A stretch of 42,066 nucleotides of DNA from Chiloscyllium plagiosum (taxonomy: Eukaryota). A model generated the notes under the pieces. The model saw nothing but the letters and a program-made list of their open reading frames with translations. It was not told the origin of the DNA and did no database searches. Positions within the stretch are counted from its first letter, which is position 1. Each line of letters begins with the position of its first letter. Positions 35,054-42,066 of this stretch are shown here, piece after piece. A program made the position numbers and the translations under genes. The stretch covers positions 105,870,177 through 105,912,242 of the forward strand of contig NC_057717.1 in NCBI RefSeq assembly GCF_004010195.1, in the 5' to 3' direction.

Positions 35054-36141
35054 AAAGCTGAGTAGTTCCCTCCCTTTTCCGTCACGTACTCAATCTCGGT
35101 ACATAATTTCAGCTCCCCCAAATATCTGGACCGATCTGTTCCTCGCCTGTTTACACACAATGTATGATTTCCGACCACGGCAGAAAACGTGGTGGGGGGG
35201 GCGTCTTTAAACCTTCCTTCTTTAGAGGAGGGAACATTAATAGAAGGGGCATACAATCTTTATTACTGTCTCATCCTGATCAGTCTCATCCTGATCCAGG
35301 GCTATCATGCATGTCATGCTCCCTCCTGTTTCGCTGCCACCCGAGCGGAAAGGGGACTCCTTGGGCCATTGGTCTCCCAGAGGCACATGCAGAACAACTG
35401 CTTTTATTCAGACATTTCACAGTGTACTTTACCCATTCAACCCAGGCATTTGAATCCCCTTATCCTGTTTCTACTTCAATGGTCTGCTTGAAGTCTTTTA
35501 CCTCTACAATTTTTATCACCTTAGGGTCAGAGTAAGGGACTTTACCATTCCTTTCTCCTACTCGGGTTCTGTCTTTCACCTGTACTTTAAAACAACATCC
35601 CAGGAAATTCTTCCCATTTGCTTTCATCTCTATTCCAAATATTTGGTCTAATTGGACCTGATCGGTTTCTCCCCCTAAAATCACTTCATACCATGAGGTT
35701 TTCTTTACTGTTAAAATATATTGGGTTACACTTTTTTATCAGGACAATCAAGAGCTGGCCGGAAGGGGCCTTGGTGTACGGTAATGAGTGGATTAATCAA
35801 GAGATCACCTCGGAGGTCTTCCTGCCTCTGACATCCTTTACATGCTTTATTCAAAGATATTCCTTACATTTCTCTCTCCAGGACACTTTCTTCCCGTCAG
35901 TCCTACCCCATGCCCCCCTTTCGGGACCTTTTTCATAGAACCTAAGATGTATCTCTGAGTTACTGTATTGCCTTTGATCTCTTACATCTCCACAATCCAC
36001 CAGGCTGCAGGCATCAGTTTCTATGAATTGTGGATTTGTACTTTCTGGAACCGTTATCACTTAGTAAGACGACCACACCAGGGCCTGACAGAATCCTCGG
36101 ACTAGAAGAGCTAATATCGTGTACCTAAACATTATTCCCAT
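35054..36141 (-). pseudogene. env: ERV env remnant (signal peptide and SU; TM deleted)
   Basis: MGIMFRYTILALLVRGFCQA signal-like start; ETG*GDSNAWVEWVKYTVKCLNKSSCSACASGRPMAQGVPFPLGW with a CXXC motif; stops and frameshifts. Confidence 0.85.
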
Positions 36142-36229
36142 TCTACAGGGGTACTGAAGCACCGAGAGACTTAACATACACACTACAGAAAATATCCCAC
36201 ACTCATGCCGCCACTGTATAATCAGTTAT

Positions 36230-38240
36230 TTAAAGTCTTTTCAGCTTAAGTTGAAGAGGTTATTTTGTCGATTCAGTTGTCCAGACTCCTGTCTCAACTG
36301 GAGATTCCACAGGCCCTTTGATCCGAGTGTAGTGAGTCCAGCCTTTCTCTGCTGTTCTTATCGCTGTTTCAGTGGTTAGGAGAGCTTGGTATGGCCCCTC
36401 CCAGTCTGGTTACAATTTGGTCTCAGTCCATGATTTGTCTAGGACCCAATCCCCCAGTTGGATCGGATGGACGGTGAATTCAAGGGGTGGGGTCTGTGCC
36501 AATAAACCCCATTTCCTGAGGAAAGACAAAGAGGAGGACAAGCCCAGTATATACTTTCAGAACAAATCTCTAGTTTCTGGGAATGGCTGTTCCCAAGTAG
36601 GGCAGGCCAAACAATATCTCATAAGGGGACAGCCCCAAATCTTTCCTTGGGGCCGTCCGCACTCACAAGAGGGCTATAGGTGAACACTGAGTCCAAGGGA
36701 GTCTGGTTTCTGTTATTAATGTAAATAACTGCCTCTTGAGTGTCTGGTTCATTCTCCCAACCTTTCCTGATGAGGATGGGTGTCAAGGGGTGTGGAACCC
36801 AGGAGATCCCCCACCCCTTCATTACTTCCTGGAGTACCCTGGAAGTGAAGTGATTTCCCTGATCTGAATCTATGCACTCCACTATCCCATATCTGGGGAT
36901 TATGTGTTCGAGTATTATCTTGGACACCCCACTTGCGGTGACAGTGGCCAGAGGATACGCCTCCACCCATTCAGATAAATGATCAACTATTACCAACATA
37001 TACCTCAGCCTTACCACTCGGAGTAATTCAGTATAATCTACATGGATGCTCTGGAATGGTCTTAGCCCAAGTTCTCTCCCTCCTGGGACTTGTTTCCTTA
37101 ACACCTTCTTGTTTACCTTCCTGCATGTTATACATCCCTCACACATCTGTTTGGCTATCATACATATCCCTTTGCATCCATATCTCCTTAAGACTAAATC
37201 ACACATAGCTTGCACTCCCCAGTGACTCCCCTGATGTAGGACAGCCATAATCTCTCGCATCATCATTTTTTTGAACATTTCCCTTCCATCGGGTAATGTC
37301 CAGCGCCCACCCGCTGTCTTTGCAGCTCCTAAATCTTTTAGTTCCTTTTCCTCCTTTGCAGTAAACAATGGGGCACCCGGAAGATCTGGAATTGTAGGTA
37401 TTAGGGAGTGTGTCACTGCTCCCTGTGGATTCAGGGCCGCTGCTTTAGCTACCATCAGCCAGTCTGTTTCCCCTTCCGGTTCATTCCCCTTCTGATGTCC
37501 GTTTATATGAACCACCGCTATTTCTCTCGGGAGTAACAGGGATTCCAGCACTTGTTTTATCAATTCCTCATGAGCTAGTTCTTTTCCTCTGCTATTTATC
37601 AGTCCTCTTTCTCGCCAAATTTTTCCGAAGGTGTGTCCCACTCCAAATGCATATGCATATTTGGAGTCTGTGTCCACCATTCCTTCCTTGTTTTCTAGGC
37701 TCTGAGAGCTCTTTCCAGGGCATAGGGTTCACAAGTTTGGGCTGACCAGCCGTGAGGCAGTCTTTCAGCCTCGATAACGCTTCCCTCTACCCCGTCTACT
37801 ACAGCATATCCATTGTGCCTTTTACCCTCAATCACCCGGGAGGATCCGTCGATAAACAACCGAGCTCCCACATGCAACGGGACATCCCTTAAGTCCATCC
37901 ACACGTCAGTCTGATATTCAGTAATATCAAGGCAGTCGTGTTCTGGATTGCCGAGGGCCTCCCCCTCTCCCTCTCCCTCTCCCTCTCCCTCTCCCCGCCA
38001 CAGAAATGCAGCTGGATTTAAGCAACTGTCTGTGACTAACACAAGGTCATCCTGTTCTACTAAGAATGTCTCATATTTCAAGACCCTAGAGTCTGTGAGC
38101 CATTGTCCTGCTTTCTGACTTAGTATGGTCCGTACCTGATGTGGGGGGCTGACTATTAAGGCTTCCCCTAAAAGTAAGTTTCTGACTCTCCTCTCCCAAT
38201 AAGGCTGTTGCTGCCACTGCCTGCACACACTCTGGCCAGG
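36230..38240 (-). pseudogene. pol: ERV pol remnant: RT connection domain, RNase H and integrase
   Basis: WPECVQAVAA; KAGQWLTDSRVLKYE; LFIDGSS; TDSKYA; HINGHQ; HHCC-like HQGSHWG...CEGCITC; VDYTE; IDSDQG; WEGPYQ; several frameshifts. Confidence 0.95.
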
Positions 38241-39380
38241 AATGTAGCTTTCCATTCTTTAATTAACAATGAATTAATGCTGTCATGTTTTAAATTCGCC
38301 ATGAATCAATGTGACAGGTCACTGAGAATGTGTGAAGGAATCCTGCCAATTAATATTGATTCAGGCCAACACCATTGATTTATTATAAATATTAATTATA
38401 TATATTATATAAATAAAATAATCATCTGTAATTCAGGGTGGAAACGCAACAAGTGACTAAAACATTTTAAATACTGTAATTGTGCAGTTCTATTTGTTTA
38501 CCAGTCACTTGTGACGCCTCATTCTGTTTCTGTCATTGTTTTGCTCGAGCACATTCATTTTTAAGAACCTCAACAGATTCCATAGCACCATTTGCAGTTA
38601 ATTCAATCCCCAATTTGGTGGCAGTATCTTGTCATGAGCTCAAAACTGATTCTTCGTGCCTCTCATCACAAAACTGTCGCCATAGTCCAATTAACTCTTT
38701 CGTTCCCACTCCCATGTTACATTGCCGGATCAATTGCTGAGCCAATTTAACCAGTTGAACAGCTTTAGGGCCACCTAATGGCCACTCTTCATCACCCAAT
38801 GTTTTGTTTAGACCTTGATTTTTTTTAAGAAGCATTGCAATATTTCTTGCTCCCTGTAACCTCAAATACCAGGAGCCTCTTGCTCCCTGTAACTTCAACT
38901 GCCATTGAGGGAGGGGACTTTCTGAATAATGCTACGGCTGGCACATCATATTCACCAATGAAACACATCAATCTTAAAATTTAGTGAAAACAAATGAGTC
39001 TGAAACACAAAAAAAAGGTTATCGTGTTGTATTCCTCCGTATTAAGCTGATTTGAAATTGCTTTTATGTAAGGAGAAAAGAGATTAGTTAGAAACTGATA
39101 GTAAGACAGTCATGACTTGTTAAAAGAACAGGAGTTAACATTTTATTTCATAATCACTGTAAAATCCTTAACCTTAAAATAAATCATGTTAAATTTCTAT
39201 AAAAGAAATCAGATTCAAAGCAGTCCCAGATCTCAAGCTCTAGGGAACAAAGCACAAACATCCAATCACCAACAAACAAATGTGCATTCAAACCGAATCA
39301 CAAAGGTTTAAACTTTCTATTAGCTGTACGGTTCTTTTTCTCTCTCTCTCTCTTTCTCTCTCACACACACACACACCGTA
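38241..39380 (-). other. Foreign AT-rich segment replacing NC-PR-RT, containing a possible second gag-like fragment
   Basis: No zinc knuckle, protease or RT motifs seen between the CA end and the RT connection domain; begins with TG/GA microsatellite; coding-like EEWPLGGPK...LIGLWRQFCDER at 38632-38898. Confidence 0.65.
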
Positions 39381-39814
39381 TCTCACAGACACTTTCTGAG
39401 CTTCCCGCAACAATTCCTCTCGAGGCGTCTCGCTCCACCCCTCTATCTTTTGAATCTTTTTCTGGATGTCTGGCCATGATTTGATTACAAAGTGTACCCT
39501 CAGTAGCCCTTCCTGACTGAAAGACTGTCTTCTGTTGATATATAAATTCAAATATTTACAAACCCAGTCTTCGTCCGACCGTACTTTGGCCAGAAGACGG
39601 CGGGATGGATTCCTCAGTCCGTACAAGGCAACAATATTTAATCATCTTTTTCCCTTGTACAAGTATTATTTTTCCAGTTCCACAACATCCTGCCCAACGG
39701 ACTTTCTGGAGGTGTGTTGTCAGGGACCCCGTCTCCATCTCCATCTCCATTTCCATTTCCTTTTCCATTTTTTTCCCCCGGAAGCTTTTTCTTTACCCTT
39801 GGCACAGCCCACAT
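39381..39814 (-). pseudogene. gag: ERV gag remnant (MA joined to CA C-terminal part)
   Basis: PPESPLGRML...KMIKYCC...FWPKYG/SDEDWVC (MA) followed directly by GLLRVHFVIKSWPDIQKKIQKIEGWSETPREELLREAQKV (CA end). Confidence 0.88.
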
Positions 39815-40111
39815 TGAGTTCCTTCGTTAGTTCCTTAGTAACAACTAGAACTCAATCCCAGCCACCAAGGCAGTACTTAAAAGTCAATTTTCCTACCTTG
39901 GTCCGTGCACGGAGTTGCCTGGCTTGACGTCTCCCTGTGCCTACAGTTCAAGTATGACCACAACTTTTTCCTGGTTCAGAATGACTCCCTGAGGATTCTG
40001 GTCAGTCTACCGGGAGGGGCACCCACCATCGAAAACACAGGACCATTCTAAAAGGGAATGGGACGCGTCTTCCCAGCCGTCGAGGGTGCCTACTCCACTA
40101 GTAATGACAGG

Positions 40112-40131
40112 ATCCCAGACACGAGCCCCCA
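40112..40131 (-). promoter_or_regulatory. Primer-binding site, tRNA-Pro-like
   Basis: Minus strand TGGGGGCTCGTGTCTGGGAT begins 2 nt after the LTR end; canonical PBS-Pro is TGGGGGCTCGTCCGGGAT. Confidence 0.88.
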
Positions 40132-40133
40132 GT

Positions 40134-40720
40134 TGTGAGAAACAAAGCTCACTGTTCAATAAATTTCAGTCCGAGTCAAATTCTGAAGCAGCGAAGTTTA
40201 TTGAAACGTTCTTGCAAGACGGGTGTCAAACAGGTAGGCACCCCGATCAGAAGGTTTCATTACAATTTATACAGTTCAGTTGAATCTCTCAGTACTCCCC
40301 TTTTACCCCATTGGTTGCTTTTGCTGTTGCGCGTAGTGGTACTCCCCTTTTACCCATTGGTTGCTTTTGCTGTTGCGCGTAGCCTATCACAAGCTCTAGC
40401 TTCACACTGCCTCTGTTTATATCTCCCACTACTTTAAGCCTGTCGCCCCCCCCCATATTGATTTTATGTCTTATTTGATTATCTTGTTCATACTAACTCC
40501 CTGTGTGCGTGACAATTGCAACTGTCATGTTAATACATCTGTTTCTACCAGTTGACCACCTCCCTTTTTGGTTAGTTATTTCTTGGTATACACCCTCATG
40601 ATTCCGCCTTGCGATTTCTCTGGAAGCAAGATGTAGCATATCGAGCTTAACATACACCCCCCTCATGGTTCAGCCTTGTGATTTTTGCAGAAACAACAAC
40701 ATTTGCAGGAACCTCTCACA
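40134..40720 (-). repeat. Full-length 5' LTR (587 bp)
   Basis: Perfect terminal inverted repeat TGTGAGA...TCTCACA; minus-strand CCAAT boxes, TATAAA at 40266-40271 and AATAAA at 40197-40202. Confidence 0.9.
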
Positions 40721-40850
40721 TGTGGGAAGATGGCTTTGCAAATGTGATGTTTTGTAAGATTCAATTTTAAACTATTTATTGCAGAGGTCATGTCATCCTT
40801 TAATTTTTATTCATCAAGAACTCCAGGGACCCCAGAGTCTCTTATCTGGT

Positions 40851-41030
40851 CAGAAGTCACCCGATACCAGGTTATAATCCCAAGCTTTCGGAGCGCTGCC
40901 CGTTCTCAGGTGAAGTAAGCAACAAAGAGGCAGGACTTTGAAAGCTTGTGATTTCAAATAAACCTGTTGGACTATAACCTGGTGTCGTGCAATTTTTTTT
41001 TAACTTTGTCCTCCCCAGTCCAACACCCGA
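40851..41030. mobile_element. Penelope-like terminal remnant
   Basis: GAAAGCTTGTGATTTCAAATAAACCTGTTGGACTATAACCTGGTGTCGTG with an inverted partial copy (ACCAGGTTATA) near 40866; family from recall. Confidence 0.6.
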
Positions 41031-41377
41031 TACAACAAATTGTGTCCTTTTGTCTGGAAGAAAGTGCAAGGTATTCACATTTGCAAAAAAAGATTGATTT
41101 CAGCAACAGGGTGATTATTAATTCTGCTTAGATCCAAGGTCCGTGTGATTGGCATTGCACCGCAGCTGGGCTTTGAAATGAAGTAAAGATTTCAAAAGAC
41201 ACTGGAGTAGGTTCAGCAAAAACAGTCACTGAGCCTGAGCTAGGGACAGTCAGACTGCATTGACCAACATGCACAGTGTTCAATGAGAGATGGTCCTCCT
41301 GTGAGGGTCTGAACATGGCTCCAACATTCACTACTTTCAGCAGCAAATGGACACTGTTAACCTTGTAAACTGTTAAA

Positions 41378-42066
41378 ATGGGGTTAAAAAAACCGCCAGC
41401 ATCAATGTGCGTAGCATCAAATCGGCGTTCTCTATCCTATATCCTGCTGTTTTCCGGAACTATAGACCGGTGAGCCTGACGTCAGTTGTGGACAAGTTAT
41501 TGGAGGTTACCTGACATACAATGATAGCCGCGCCTCTGACCTGGGTATCCTGTTGCGAGGAGGCAACTTCACCATCTCCGAGGTTAAGGAGGTGGTGGGC
41601 GGGTGCCTCCTCATCGCCGATGTCATGTACAGGAATGGTCCCCTGAGACTGATTAATGTGTACGCCCCAGTGGGTAAGAGGGAACGGTTGGCCGTCCTGC
41701 AGCAGCTTCCACTGTTGCTGGCTACGTCCAGGCCGGTCATTCTGGCCGGAGACTTCAACTGTATCATTGATGCAGATGGACGATCCGGCGGGGGGACAGT
41801 AAACTGGACACCACGTCCAGAGCCCTGATGGACACGGTAAAAGATGCCAAGCTGCACGACATCTTCAGCGCCCCTGCAGACGGAGCGCAGCATAGATACA
41901 CCTGGTCACGGGCAGATGGGTCTATCCGCTCAAGGATAGATTACCTGTTTGTGTCCCGAACGCTCTCGGTCAGATCCACCGACGACAAGCCGGTGTTCTT
42001 CTCTGACCACTGCCTCCTGCTGGCCGACAGGACGAGCAGCGGGCTGGTACGGGCTGGTAAGGGAAC
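41378..42066 (+). mobile_element. Tx1/L1-clade LINE ORF2 apurinic endonuclease remnant
   Basis: MGLK...ASINVRSIKS; LINVYAP; VILAGDFNC; YTW...RSRIDYLFVS; FSDHC catalytic motif; frameshifted. Confidence 0.88.

Larger units (their letters stand above)
34885..40720 (-). mobile_element. Degenerate class I endogenous retrovirus, HERV-I/HERVIP-like, tRNA-Pro primed
   Basis: Two LTR copies, PBS, and gag, pol and env remnants in retroviral order on the minus strand. TSD ambiguous (GGTG/TGTG, or TGTGG at 34878 and 40721). Confidence 0.92.

Noticed and set aside
35066..35080. PPT-like GGAAAAGGGAGGGAA on the minus strand near the 3' LTR
   Set aside because: It is not followed by the LTR start TGTGAGA and lies inside the env reading frame (EKGGNYSAL); the true PPT appears deleted.
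37960..37996. (GE)n tract in pol and (GN/GD)n tract in gag as functional inserts
   Set aside because: Hexamer microsatellite expansions in variable linkers of a dead provirus.
39535..39927. 130-aa + strand ORF and other + strand ORFs over the ERV and LTRs
   Set aside because: Antisense to gag, env or LTR sequence, with no recognisable domain.

Overview
Eukaryotic genomic DNA, most likely from an elasmobranch (shark), inferred from HE1-type SINEs and shark-type CR1 and Penelope-like repeats. The + strand carries nearly all of RAVER1 (PTB co-factor with 3 RRMs): 15 GT-AG exons from 1079 to 27590 join into one open frame of 2202 nt (733 aa + stop), with the first exon upstream of the window. 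Downstream on the same strand is the terminal coding exon of FDX2 (33398-33554); its upstream exons are not visible and probably lie in a 500-N gap. About 170 bp past the likely FDX2 poly(A) signal is an antisense, degenerate class I endogenous retrovirus resembling the HERV-I/HERVIP lineage (34885-40720, tRNA-Pro PBS). Its 3' LTR lacks most of U3, and a ~1.1 kb foreign segment replaces NC-PR-RT. A Tx1/L1-clade endonuclease remnant ends the window. The most notable points are a tandemly duplicated 72-nt RAVER1 exon, an 87-nt RAVER2-like cassette exon absent from the ORF track, six PTB-interaction-type motifs, a candidate poison microexon, long intronic hairpins, and the recombinant provirus. 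I found no wholly new multi-gene system. Family assignments rest on recalled protein sequences, not database searches, and repeat boundaries are approximate.
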